Part shown: one piece after another, positions 10,369-20,322 of the stretch
Numbering within the stretch: position 1 is the stretch's first letter
Layout: every line of letters begins with the position of its first letter
Source of the DNA: Promethearchaeota archaeon
GTDB taxonomy: Archaea; Asgardarchaeota; Lokiarchaeia; Sigyniarchaeales; SOKP01
NCBI GenBank assembly: GCA_030599585.1
Contig: JAUVNS010000007.1
Location: forward strand, 209,694-273,693
DNA length: 64,000 bases
Direction of reading: 5' to 3'
The notes under the pieces: generated by a model
What the model was told of the DNA's origin: nothing
The model's database searches: none
Seen by the model: only the letters and a program-made list of their open reading frames with translations
Position numbers and translations under genes: made by a program

Positions 10369-10866
10369 GTGGCTATTATTAGTCAAATTGAAGACCAAGA
10401 AAAAACGGGCATTGATGTTAGAGCAAATGACTTAATAAGAGAAACTAAAGTATTAACCATAGCACGATTAGCAATAATGTTAGTAGATTTATTTGGACTT
10501 GACGAACCATTTAAAAAAGTGGGAAAACATAGCGGTCAGGAAATCGAAATGTATTTCACCGAATTAGATGGATATATTACCTTCATTCTCGCATCCGAAA
10601 GAGAGAATTTTGATTGTGTTGCAGAAAAAGCTAACAGTCCAATTGCGAGACTTATTATAACTGTCGAAGAAGATAAAATCTTAAACCTTATTAGTAGCAT
10701 TATTCGCTCTAAAAACAACCTTTTCAGTTTAATTAAATTCTTGAAATACATAATCCCTGGTAAAGCAAAAATTAAAGGATCTTATGTAGCCGCCATTAAG
10801 TTAATTAGGTGTCTTATGATTGGAAAACATGATGTTTATAGTTACAACGGAGGATCATTTGCGTGA
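10369..10866 (+). CDS. SCP2 (sterol carrier protein 2)-like lipid-binding protein
   Basis: 165 aa with C-terminal G-K-A-K-I-K-G-S motif characteristic of the SCP2 fold; overlaps next gene (GTGA). Confidence 0.55.
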   Translation: MAIISQIEDQEKTGIDVRANDLIRETKVLTIARLAIMLVDLFGLDEPFKKVGKHSGQEIEMYFTELDGYITFILASERENFDCVAEKANSPIARLIITVEEDKILNLISSIIRSKNNLFSLIKFLKYIIPGKAKIKGSYVAAIKLIRCLMIGKHDVYSYNGGSFA

Positions 10867-12011
10867 GCTTAAAAAACGATCATTTTCTCCAGATTTCAGA
10901 CTCAATAACTAATCCCTACATAACAGAATGGCTAGCAGAAGGTAAAAAAGTTTTAGGATACTATTGTACTTATATCCCGGATGAACTCTTATACGCGGCG
11001 AATTTACTACCATATCGAATACGAGCAACCGGGAATACAGAAACGAATCTGGCGGATGTATATATGGTACGATTTACGTGCTCTTTTGTTCGCGCAACAT
11101 TTGACATGGCTTTAAGAGGTATCTATGATTTTTTAGACGGAATTTTAATTTGTAATTCCTGCGATCACTCTCGCCGAATGTTTGAACTTTTTGATTTAAA
11201 AATTTTTGGAAGAAAAGACTTTCCTAAACCAGCTTCCCAATTTTACTATTCTATACCTCATGTTATTACGGATGAAGGCTTTGAATGGTATTATACCGAG
11301 ATACAAGAATTAAAAACTGAGTTAGAAGAAAAATATAATCTAGAAACTATAACTAAACAAGATTTAATTGAAACTATTAACATCTACAATAAGAATCGTG
11401 ACCTTTTACGGGAAATACACGAAATGAGAGTTATTGACGCCCCCAAAATTACCGGTAGTGAAGCTTTGCAAATATCAATGTCGAACAATTCAATTCCCAA
11501 AGAAGCTGCTAACCGGGAATTAGAACGAATTGTCAACTCCTTGAAAGAAAGCGAAGGCATTAAATCCAATGCTAAAAGAATCATGCTTGTTGGAAGTGAA
11601 GTTGACAGCACTGATTTTACTGGATTAATAGAAGATTCTGGGGCTCTCATTGTTTCTGATTTTTTATGCTTTGGAACTCGCAATTTTCTGGATGATGTCC
11701 ACTTAGGTTTCAACCGCGATCCACTAAAAAGCATAGTAGAGCGAGTGTATTTCAGAATGTCTTGTCCTAGAATGATGGACGATCACGAACGGCGTTTAGA
11801 ATTTGTGAAAACTGAAATTAAAAGAGCAAAGGTTGATGGAGTCATCTTACAAAGAATAAACAATTGCGACCTACACGGTTGCGATAATATGCTATACGTT
11901 CACGAATTAAAGGATTTAGAGATTCCCGTATTGAATTTAGATCGCGAATTTTACCAAGCAGATACCACTAGACTTCAAACAAGAATAGAAGCCTTTTTAG
12001 AAATGATTTAG
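10863..12011 (+). CDS. 2-hydroxyacyl-CoA dehydratase / benzoyl-CoA reductase family subunit (HgdB/BcrC-like)
   Basis: GYYCTYIPDEL, CSFVRA, NSCDH, DFLCFGTR, SCPR, DGVI...CDLH, TRIEAFLEM. Confidence 0.88.
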   Translation: MSLKNDHFLQISDSITNPYITEWLAEGKKVLGYYCTYIPDELLYAANLLPYRIRATGNTETNLADVYMVRFTCSFVRATFDMALRGIYDFLDGILICNSCDHSRRMFELFDLKIFGRKDFPKPASQFYYSIPHVITDEGFEWYYTEIQELKTELEEKYNLETITKQDLIETINIYNKNRDLLREIHEMRVIDAPKITGSEALQISMSNNSIPKEAANRELERIVNSLKESEGIKSNAKRIMLVGSEVDSTDFTGLIEDSGALIVSDFLCFGTRNFLDDVHLGFNRDPLKSIVERVYFRMSCPRMMDDHERRLEFVKTEIKRAKVDGVILQRINNCDLHGCDNMLYVHELKDLEIPVLNLDREFYQADTTRLQTRIEAFLEMI

Positions 12012-12052
12012 ATTAGAATAATTTTAGAATAAAATAAAATACTAAGTGTGAA

Positions 12053-13345
12053 GTGGTGAATATTACAGCTAAGAATGAAACTAGGATTGTCCCTTATCAA
12101 ATGTTATTAGACGCGATGGAGACTACCTACGAATTAGTAGAAAATATCCTTCCCGAAACAGGAATCCCTTCTTTAAGAATAGGATTGGAAGAAATGATAC
12201 CTGTAGTTAGGAGAGATATTGAAAAAGCTCGAGAAGGCTTGCCTATCGTTGGATACCACTTTGCATTCCAAGCCGATTATCTTAAATGTTTTGATTGCGT
12301 ACCTATATGCATCGAAGGAGTTTCCTATTTTTTAGGAACTCTTTTAATGAATGGTGTTGAAAAATATTATGATGTAATAGGAAATTGGGGTCATCCCTTT
12401 CATACATGTTCGGCACAAAAAGGAGCAATGGGGATGAGTTTAGAAAACTTGTATCATTTTGACGCAATGATCACTCCAACAGCACCGTGCGATTCCACAT
12501 GCGCGTCTTATCCTTTTTTCAAATTTGAAAAAAAAATTCCTTTAATAATTGCCGATATGCCTTTTCTTCATGATGAAAAAAGTTACAAATATTACGGTGA
12601 GCAATTAAAGCTAAGTCTTCATAGTCTGGGGGAGGTAATTGGTCAAGAACCCGATTTTGATAAAATGAGAAAAGCTTTAGAAGTAGAGAATGAAGTGTCT
12701 AAATTAAGAATGGAATTGTTTGACTTAATAAAAGCTGTTCCAAGCCCAATTGAGAACATATTTAATCCTATTTCAGCTGCATCAACGATAATTATTTCTG
12801 GAACTCCTGAAAACATTTCGTTTTATCGTAGGATACTCGATATCGCAAAATCTAGATACAAGAACAAAGAACATCATGGAGGTGAAGAAAAAATAAGATC
12901 GATCTGGCCTTACATGCTTACTTTCTTTGATATTTCTTTATGTGAATGGTTAGACCGAAAAATGGGCATGAGTGTTTTACTCGATATCTTTAACTATAAT
13001 TTATCAGATCCCGTTGATACCAAAGCTGATTTAGATTCTCTATTTTATGAAATGGCCAGAAAGGCTATGGGATGGCCAATGATAAAACAATCAACTGAGT
13101 TCTATTACCCCTTCTTAGACGATTGTATTAGAATGGCTAAAGATTTTAGCGCTGATTGCTTCATTTATACACAGAGTATTGCGTGCAAGCAATTTGGAGG
13201 CGTACCGCAGCTGCTAAGGGAAGCTCTCATGGACGAAGTAGGAATCCCTATGTTGGTAATTGATTTTGATGTTGGAGACGCCAGAATAACGTCGGCAAAG
13301 GCTATTAAAGACAAAATATCGATGTTTGTTCAGACTTTACTATAG
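12053..13345 (+). CDS. 2-hydroxyacyl-CoA dehydratase family subunit (HgdA/BcrB-like)
   Basis: HTCS-x-x-KG, PCDS, D-x-P, ACKQ, GIPMLVIDFDVGDAR; adjacent to partner subunit. Confidence 0.85.
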   Translation: MVNITAKNETRIVPYQMLLDAMETTYELVENILPETGIPSLRIGLEEMIPVVRRDIEKAREGLPIVGYHFAFQADYLKCFDCVPICIEGVSYFLGTLLMNGVEKYYDVIGNWGHPFHTCSAQKGAMGMSLENLYHFDAMITPTAPCDSTCASYPFFKFEKKIPLIIADMPFLHDEKSYKYYGEQLKLSLHSLGEVIGQEPDFDKMRKALEVENEVSKLRMELFDLIKAVPSPIENIFNPISAASTIIISGTPENISFYRRILDIAKSRYKNKEHHGGEEKIRSIWPYMLTFFDISLCEWLDRKMGMSVLLDIFNYNLSDPVDTKADLDSLFYEMARKAMGWPMIKQSTEFYYPFLDDCIRMAKDFSADCFIYTQSIACKQFGGVPQLLREALMDEVGIPMLVIDFDVGDARITSAKAIKDKISMFVQTLL

Positions 13346-13416
13346 TTGAGAGGTTTCAATTATATTAATATTTTAAGAAGTTTTTTGTAATTTATAACGA
13401 ATAAAGAGGAATTTTA

Positions 13417-15129
13417 ATGCTCTATCCACAAAGAAATAGTAATCGTCATTTTATAGACCTATCTGGATTTTGGGATTTTCTATTAGACCACGATGATAAA
13501 GGGGTTGGAGAAAATTGGACCAAGGGTTTTGATAATGGATGTCCAATAGCTGTACCTGCCAGTTGGAACGATCAATTTGCTGACGACCGAGATTTTTTAG
13601 GACCTGCCTGGTATCAAATGAAATTTACAATACCTTTGGAATGGGATAAAAAGAAAATCTTGATAAGGTTTGGTTCGGTTAATTACCTTACTAATGTATG
13701 GTTAAATGGAGAGGTGGTAGGACATCACGAAGGAGGGCATCTACCTTTTGAGTTTGAGATATCTGATAAGATCGTGCCCGAAGATAATTTACTCGTAGTT
13801 AGAGTAGATGGAAGATTATCAGATAATCATGTGCCACCTCGGGGGCGTCCAATGAACAATCCGCATACAAATTTTGATTTTTATCCCTTTTGCGGAATTC
13901 ATCGGCCAGTGTTGCTTTACGCTATTCCCAAAGAAGGATTAAGAGACATAACTGTTAAAACATCTATAAAAGATACCACGGGAATATTAGATGTTACAAT
14001 AGAAACTATTGGTTTAGATGATGTCCATATGAATCTTTCTCTAAAAGGATTTGGTTCAGAAATAACTAATACATCGAAAAATCAGCAAAATATTCAAAAA
14101 ATAACTTTAGAAGTAAAACAAGCGAAGTTTTGGGATACGGAAACCCCTAATTTATACGATCTAACAGTTGACATCGTTAAAGAAAATGCTATAATCGATT
14201 CTTATTCGCTTAAAGTAGGAATTCGGACTATAGAAGTGAAAGGAGATAAGCTGTTATTAAATGGTAAACCCATTTATCTAACAGGATTTGGACGTCACGA
14301 GGATTTTCCAATTACGGGGAGAGGGTACGTTCCAGCAGTAATAGTCAAAGACTACTCTTTGATGAATTGGATCGGAGCTAATTCCTTTCGAACATCGCAT
14401 TATCCATATTCAGAACAAATGATGGATTTAGCAGATCGCCTAGGTTTTTTAGTCATTAACGAAATTCCTGCGGTAGGTCTTACGTTTAGTAAAGATGTAA
14501 TTGATAGAGAGCTCGAATTATGCGATCAATACATTGAAGAATTGATAAAGAGAGATAAAAACCATCCAAGCGTTATAATGTGGAGCTTGGCAAATGAACC
14601 TAAAAATAGTTTGAAATCGGGTGTATTTTTTAGAACTTTATATGATAAAGCAAAAGATTTAGATGATACTCGACCCGTAACTGTAGTAAATATGATGGGT
14701 GTAAAAGAAAAAGCTTTTGAATTCTGCGATGTATTATGTATCAATCGATATTATGGATGGTATTTGCAACCTGGAAACCTAGATGAAGCTTGCGAACTCC
14801 TTTCAAAAGAAATGGATAAATTATACGAAAAACATCGTAAACCAATCATTCTTAGTGAATTTGGAGCAGATACAATTCCTGGGTGGCATTCTCAACCGCC
14901 CGAAATGTTTAGCGAAGAATACCAGACTGAATTCATAAAAAAATATATTGAAGTCTGTCGGAGTAAATCTTACGTGGTAGGGGAGCATGTATGGAATATG
15001 TGCGACTTTAAAACGTCTCAAGGAATTACTCGAATGGGATCGATAAATTATAAAGGCGTGTTTACTCGAGATAGAAGACCTAAAATGGCAGCACATATGT
15101 TGCGTAACGTATGGAAGAAAAAAGACTAA
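13417..15129 (+). CDS. uidA: Beta-glucuronidase (GH2)
   Basis: GFGRHED, NSFRTSHYPYSE, WSLANEP (acid/base), SEFGADT (nucleophile), N-x-KG motif (INYKGVFTRDR) typical of glucuronidases. Confidence 0.88.
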   Translation: MLYPQRNSNRHFIDLSGFWDFLLDHDDKGVGENWTKGFDNGCPIAVPASWNDQFADDRDFLGPAWYQMKFTIPLEWDKKKILIRFGSVNYLTNVWLNGEVVGHHEGGHLPFEFEISDKIVPEDNLLVVRVDGRLSDNHVPPRGRPMNNPHTNFDFYPFCGIHRPVLLYAIPKEGLRDITVKTSIKDTTGILDVTIETIGLDDVHMNLSLKGFGSEITNTSKNQQNIQKITLEVKQAKFWDTETPNLYDLTVDIVKENAIIDSYSLKVGIRTIEVKGDKLLLNGKPIYLTGFGRHEDFPITGRGYVPAVIVKDYSLMNWIGANSFRTSHYPYSEQMMDLADRLGFLVINEIPAVGLTFSKDVIDRELELCDQYIEELIKRDKNHPSVIMWSLANEPKNSLKSGVFFRTLYDKAKDLDDTRPVTVVNMMGVKEKAFEFCDVLCINRYYGWYLQPGNLDEACELLSKEMDKLYEKHRKPIILSEFGADTIPGWHSQPPEMFSEEYQTEFIKKYIEVCRSKSYVVGEHVWNMCDFKTSQGITRMGSINYKGVFTRDRRPKMAAHMLRNVWKKKD

Positions 15130-15153
15130 AAATTAAAAAGTTGTGGTGGAATA

Positions 15154-15669
15154 ATGAGAAAAGATTTAAAAGGATTAACCAAAGAAGAGCTTATGGACTA
15201 CATCGAAGATTTAAGTAAGAATTGGCTCGCAATCGACGGAACTTGGTTTCAAGCTGTAGAAAAAGAATTTGGATTGGAGAAAGCTATTGAACTCGATGTA
15301 GCACAATGGAAAAGATTTACTATAATTGAAGCAAAACGAATAATGAAACGGTTCAATATTCAAAAAAATGGAGGAATTTCAGCCTTAGTTAAGTCGCTAA
15401 ATTATAGAGTTTACGCCAACATAAATGTACAAGAAACAGTTGAGATTTCTGATAATCGTTGTGTTTTTCGGATGAATGATTGTCGGGTACAATCTGCAAG
15501 AAAAAGAAGAAACCTTCCGGATTTCCCTTGTAAATCGGTAGGGATTGTTGAATACGAAGATTTCGCGAAGACCATAGATCCAAGAATAAAAACTAAGTGT
15601 ATATGTTGCCCTCCTGATCAACATCCAGATAACTATTATTGCGCTTGGGAATTCACGATTGAAGAATGA
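15154..15669 (+). CDS. DUF6125-like protein (V4R/ATC-hydrolase-like, Cys-rich)
   Basis: WLAIDGTWFQAVE, CRVQSAR, FPCK, CICCPPD-x-HP, CAWEF. Confidence 0.65.
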   Translation: MRKDLKGLTKEELMDYIEDLSKNWLAIDGTWFQAVEKEFGLEKAIELDVAQWKRFTIIEAKRIMKRFNIQKNGGISALVKSLNYRVYANINVQETVEISDNRCVFRMNDCRVQSARKRRNLPDFPCKSVGIVEYEDFAKTIDPRIKTKCICCPPDQHPDNYYCAWEFTIEE

Positions 15670-15768
15670 TGTCCAGAAAATAAAATTAATAATGGTTGTA
15701 GCGTGATTAAAACTAATAAAAAAATAAATAAATAATAATTATTCAAAATAACAAAAAGCTGTATAATT

Positions 15769-16797
15769 ATGTTTGACAAATCGCATTGTAAAGATTGTAA
15801 AACAGTTGCTTGCATGATGAAGTGTCAATGGATCAATTTTGAGAGCATTGACGCAGCAAGGAAAGAAGTTGATAAATTGATTAATGAGGACGAAGATTGT
15901 AGGATATTAAAGGAATGCATGCTATGTTTTTCCTGTGATGAGTATTGTACATATAATTCGCATCCTTTTGATTTAATCAATGAGCTTCAGGAAAAGTACA
16001 ATTCTCAGAATATTTTACCTGCAATTGCACAAAATGCAATCAACACGTATAAAGCAAAGGGAGAATTTGTACCGCGCCCGATTGATCATGAAAAGCCCAT
16101 TTTAAATAAGTGTGCGTTCCCCAAAATGAATGCAAAAGAAATGAAAGGGCCGATGTTTGATGATCTACAATCAGTTGGTGGTTTACATTACTTTTGTCAA
16201 TTAGTATATCAACACACGGTCACACCTTCCATTATCAAAGAAAGGGTACCAATAATTCTTGAAAACTTCAAAAAAGCTGGTGTTAAGAAGGATACCGAAG
16301 TTATCTGTTGGCATGACGAATGCTATGGACTGTATACTTCATATTGTCAAAGGAACAACATTGAGGTGCCTTTTAAACCCGTCCATATTTTTGAATATGT
16401 ATATAATTATCTTAAGGATCACGAATCTGAAATAACGAAACTTAACATGAAAGCTGCCTATCAACGTAACTGTTCCAATCGTTATGTAACTGAAACTGAT
16501 AAAATTCTTGATGACATATGTGAACTCATCGGGGTAGAACGGGTTGCTAGGAAATACGATAGGGAAAATGGTTTATGCTGCGCTGCACCCTTTGCAATGA
16601 GGGGACATAAAAATCTAGTTCGTAAAACTCAAAATAATAACGTTCAGGATATGGTAGATCATAGTGCTGAGGTTTGCATATTCAATTGCCCTATGTGCCT
16701 GGATACATTAAAAAGGAAAGTAACTGCTAAAGGAATGAAATGTTACTTCATTAGCGACTTAGCACGACTGGCGTTAGGGGAAAAGTTGGAATATTAA
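15769..16797 (+). CDS. Fe-S protein with ferredoxin-like N-terminus and CCG-type domains (HdrD/GlpC-like)
   Basis: CxxC-x4-C-x3-C, CMLCFSCDEYC, HDEC, YQRNC, LCCAA, FNCPMC. Confidence 0.8.
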   Translation: MFDKSHCKDCKTVACMMKCQWINFESIDAARKEVDKLINEDEDCRILKECMLCFSCDEYCTYNSHPFDLINELQEKYNSQNILPAIAQNAINTYKAKGEFVPRPIDHEKPILNKCAFPKMNAKEMKGPMFDDLQSVGGLHYFCQLVYQHTVTPSIIKERVPIILENFKKAGVKKDTEVICWHDECYGLYTSYCQRNNIEVPFKPVHIFEYVYNYLKDHESEITKLNMKAAYQRNCSNRYVTETDKILDDICELIGVERVARKYDRENGLCCAAPFAMRGHKNLVRKTQNNNVQDMVDHSAEVCIFNCPMCLDTLKRKVTAKGMKCYFISDLARLALGEKLEY

Positions 16798-16891
16798 ATA
16801 TTCCTGTTTTTTTTTATCTCATAATAATTATTATTAGTGTAGAGAGATTCATATACACAAATCAAATCAAATCATTAAAGGGTGATAGAAA

Positions 16892-17902
16892 ATTTTCGAC
16901 GAATCTAATTGTGATAAATGTGAAAATATAGATTGTTTGACTCGTTGTCAATGGATGGAATTTAGAGATGTTGAAGAAGCACGAGTAGAAAAAACTAAAA
17001 TGATCAACGGGGAGGAATCTCGAGTCTTGTCTGACTGTGTTACTTGTTTTGCTTGCGAGGAATATTGTCCTTATGAATCTCATCCCTTCGATCTAATAAC
17101 AGAATTGCAAGAGAAATATAATTCGTTAAAAATCAACCCTGGTATTATTGAGAATACGGTAAATAGATTTGCTCCTCACGATCAACTGAGATTAAAAGAA
17201 ATCGACCCTAATAAACCAGTGTTAAATAAGTGCGGATTGAGAAAAATAAATGCCAAAAATATGGAAGGGCAGCTGTTTGAAAATTTACAATATGTTAGTG
17301 GTCTTGACTTTTTTTGCAACCTAATGTATCATCACTACGGAAGAGATTCGATTATCAAAGAAAGGGCTCCGATAATACTAGCAAATATCAAGGCTCAAGG
17401 TATTAAAGAGATGATTTGTTTTCACGACGAATGCTATGGATTCTATGCTTCTTTTTGTCCCAGAAATAATATTGAGCTTCCATCTGGCTTTAAACCTGTT
17501 CACATTTACGAATATCTCTACAACTATTTAAAAGAACATAAATCGGCTGTTAAAAAACTAGGTATGAAAATAGCCTATCAAAGATCCTGCTCAAATCGTT
17601 TTCTCCCTGAAGTTGACGAATGGGTTGATAAGATTTGCGATTTAATAGGTGTTGAGAGGGTAGAGAGGGAATACGATCGAGAAAACGCCTTATGCTGTGG
17701 TGGAATCTTTGCGACTCTTGGTAAAAAATCTTTAGGTCGCAAAACTCAAAGCGATAACGTAAACGATATGATAAAACATGATGCTGAAGCGTGCGTTTAT
17801 AATTGTTCTATGTGTATGGAAAGCTTAGGCTCTAAAGTTGGGCGAAAAGGATTAAAAAATTATATTCTCAGCGATCTTTGCCGATTGGCCCTCGGAGAAT
17901 AA
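16892..17902 (+). CDS. Tandem paralog of 15769 Fe-S/CCG protein; probable ATT start
   Basis: Frame extends upstream of track TTG (16937) as IFDESNCDKCENIDCLTRCQW, colinear with paralog MFDKSHCKDCKTVACMMKCQW; in-frame TAG at 16886; GGTGAT RBS 5 nt before ATT. Confidence 0.8.
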   Translation: MFDESNCDKCENIDCLTRCQWMEFRDVEEARVEKTKMINGEESRVLSDCVTCFACEEYCPYESHPFDLITELQEKYNSLKINPGIIENTVNRFAPHDQLRLKEIDPNKPVLNKCGLRKINAKNMEGQLFENLQYVSGLDFFCNLMYHHYGRDSIIKERAPIILANIKAQGIKEMICFHDECYGFYASFCPRNNIELPSGFKPVHIYEYLYNYLKEHKSAVKKLGMKIAYQRSCSNRFLPEVDEWVDKICDLIGVERVEREYDRENALCCGGIFATLGKKSLGRKTQSDNVNDMIKHDAEACVYNCSMCMESLGSKVGRKGLKNYILSDLCRLALGE

Positions 17903-17944
17903 ATTAAGCAACAAATAGACGATAACGAACAAATTATCGTACTC

Positions 17945-19168
17945 TTATATTTTATTTTCAAGGCCTTTTATAATTATTATATATTTGTCATGGAAATGTA
18001 AAGCACTTAATTCTTTAGGAGGTACCGCGTTTTTTGGGTCTTCTAAGGGAAAGGGTTGAATAAAATGTAAACCGTGATTATTTAATGCATATGTCCATTC
18101 TTTTGTGACCCATTTTGATTGCTTTGCCTGAAGAGTCCAAAATAATAAAAGTACATCTGATTTTGAAATCTCATCATATATTCTCGATTCCCACTCTTCA
18201 CCTGGTTGCATGGACAAACAATCTACAAACACTTTTACTTCTGGACGGCTTGCTTCAACTGCTTGAACTCTCTTCATCACTTCAATTCGATCCTCACTTG
18301 AATAAGAAGCAAAAAATTTATTAATTTTACGTGTTTTTTGCGTAACATCTCTTATTTCTGTCTTTGATGCTCCAATTTCTAAAATGAATTCAATATCAAT
18401 TTTAATAAATCCATCAATAAAAATTTGTACTCTGCCTAGATGAGATCCAGAGGGTGTGTTTTTCGGTACTGAAACAGGAAAAGTTCCATTCGTTATTTTA
18501 CCCATCCAAGTTATAGTCTCAATCTTTTTCAATGCTTCAAGTGGAGGAGGCAATGTTAATACAATATTAAAAACTTCCCCCATTTTAGCTGTTATTGGCC
18601 CCTTTAGCCCCTTTTCCTTATACTCTCCCTCCATGCGCGCCATTTTGCTCATATCTGTTTTCTGCTCTAATATATAAGCCCAAACATATAGAATGAAGGT
18701 AGTACCGGGAGATAACGACGTTGGGGTATAAACAGAAAAATATACATCAGATAAATCTCTTCTAATATCTCCAGTTATTGTTCCATGTTGTGAGATTTTA
18801 TCAACTTGCTGCTCAAAGTCTTTAATTATTCCAATGTTTCCCGAGAATGCAATTTTAATTGGCTTTAACTTCTTTACAAATTCATCAATAATTTCTATCA
18901 ATACTTTACGAGTTCTATTAACATCATCATCCTTATCTACTAATCCAATACATAAGATATTATTTTTCGATACAAAAAGAATTTTCAAATTTTGTAGTAT
19001 GATTATCTCAAGTTCTTCACTTTCCTTAAAAAATATAGTAAAAAATGTTTTAAGACTAGTTAAATACGATATTGCTTCGTCATCGAATTCTATTTTTCCG
19101 TATTCTCTTTGAAATAATAAGATACCCGAATTGTTGATTAGATAGATATTGTGAAGAATTTTTAACAC
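17945..19168 (-). CDS. Longin-like domain + beta-rich middle domain + TIR domain protein
   Basis: N-terminal IYLINNSGILLFQREY...LCIGLVDKDDD longin-like pattern; C-terminal FASYSSED, FVD-x5-PGE-x-W, SKWVTKEW (TIR with conserved Glu). Confidence 0.78.
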   Translation of the reverse strand: MLKILHNIYLINNSGILLFQREYGKIEFDDEAISYLTSLKTFFTIFFKESEELEIIILQNLKILFVSKNNILCIGLVDKDDDVNRTRKVLIEIIDEFVKKLKPIKIAFSGNIGIIKDFEQQVDKISQHGTITGDIRRDLSDVYFSVYTPTSLSPGTTFILYVWAYILEQKTDMSKMARMEGEYKEKGLKGPITAKMGEVFNIVLTLPPPLEALKKIETITWMGKITNGTFPVSVPKNTPSGSHLGRVQIFIDGFIKIDIEFILEIGASKTEIRDVTQKTRKINKFFASYSSEDRIEVMKRVQAVEASRPEVKVFVDCLSMQPGEEWESRIYDEISKSDVLLLFWTLQAKQSKWVTKEWTYALNNHGLHFIQPFPLEDPKNAVPPKELSALHFHDKYIIIIKGLENKI

Positions 19169-19247
19169 CTTTATTTGGATTAAGTTACAAACTTATTGCT
19201 AAATATATAATTGTTTACAAAATATAGTTTTCATTCTAATTACTGAT

Positions 19248-19415
19248 TTAGAAAGATTAACCAAAAAAGAGCAAAAATTCTCCACCGCCAATATATCTTC
19301 CGTATAGAATAATGTTGGAAATGTAAACCTGTTTATAGGAGAATATGAAAAAGCCAAGCATTATTTTGATAAAGCGTTAGAGGATTATCACGCCAATGGT
19401 GATATTATAGATTAA
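19248..19415 (+). pseudogene. TPR gene remnant
   Basis: ...ISSV*NNVGNVNLFIGEYEKAKHYFDKALE...; TAG at 19305-19307 where the TPR consensus has Tyr; no start codon. Confidence 0.55.
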
Positions 19416-19552
19416 AAGACAGTAAAATTGCGGTATTTTAAAATAATTACTTTTTACTTTTTATCGGTTGTAAGTAGAGCGATTTAGAATTCAATCTTAA
19501 TAATTTTTAAGCTAGCGAATATATCAAAATATATAGAAAAAAGAAATAATTA

Positions 19553-19984
19553 ATGAGAAATAATATGACAGAACAAGAAATTAGGACACAAATCTCAGAA
19601 AAGGAAGATGAGATTACGAGAGTTGAAGAGGATGCCTCTAAAAAGGAAGCTTCTGCTGAGAAAGAAATTGAAGCTGATTTTGATGACAAGATTAAAGATA
19701 CCAAATCTAAACTTGAAGTAGGAGAAGTAGATTTAAAAGAAGCCACAGAAAAATCTAAAGAATGGACAAAAAAAATGAACAAATTAACTGTGGAAGTATC
19801 TTCAAATAAAAAGAAATATGATAATTTAGTTAAGGGAAAGGCTAAAGCTTTAAATAAGAAATTGGACAATATTCTCAAAGAGAAAAAGACAAAAATAAAA
19901 TCGTACGAAACAGACATTAAAGCTTTAAGAAAAAAATTGGACAAATTAGAAGCAGAGGAATTAAAAAACCAAACAGTAGAATAA
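19553..19984 (+). CDS. Coiled-coil protein (K/E-rich), unknown function
   Basis: 143 aa, no Pro/Cys, heptad-like K/E/L pattern. Confidence 0.7.
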   Translation: MRNNMTEQEIRTQISEKEDEITRVEEDASKKEASAEKEIEADFDDKIKDTKSKLEVGEVDLKEATEKSKEWTKKMNKLTVEVSSNKKKYDNLVKGKAKALNKKLDNILKEKKTKIKSYETDIKALRKKLDKLEAEELKNQTVE

Positions 19985-20322
19985 GTTTTCTGTTTAACCT
20001 TTTATTTTAAATCGAGAATTAACCAGTCTTCAATTATTTATAGGTAATTTTTGACCCTTTTCATTGAGGAGATCCTTAGAAAAACCCGATTGGATTTTAA
20101 TTTCGTCGTATAACCAAGTTAACAGCCTCATTTTAGCATTATAAATCTCGACTTCCTCTTCAAATATTTCCATTTTACCGAATTACTCATTATTTCTTAA
20201 TCTTGAAGAGCCTTGCCTCACAAAAACATATTTAACATACTATTATCTACGTATTACTAAGAAGGAGATTAAGATTTGGTTGTAATTGTGGATAAAGAAA
20301 AAGTTGAAATTAATGTTCTTTT

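Noticed and set aside
19305-19307. Stop-codon recoding (pyrrolysine/readthrough) in TPR fragments
   Set aside because: The fragments lack starts, the two stops differ (TAG, TAA), and TAG/TAA terminate normal genes throughout the window.
20036-20173. 45-aa minus-strand ORF MEIFEEEVEIYNAK...
   Set aside because: Plausible composition but no motif, paralog or clear RBS.
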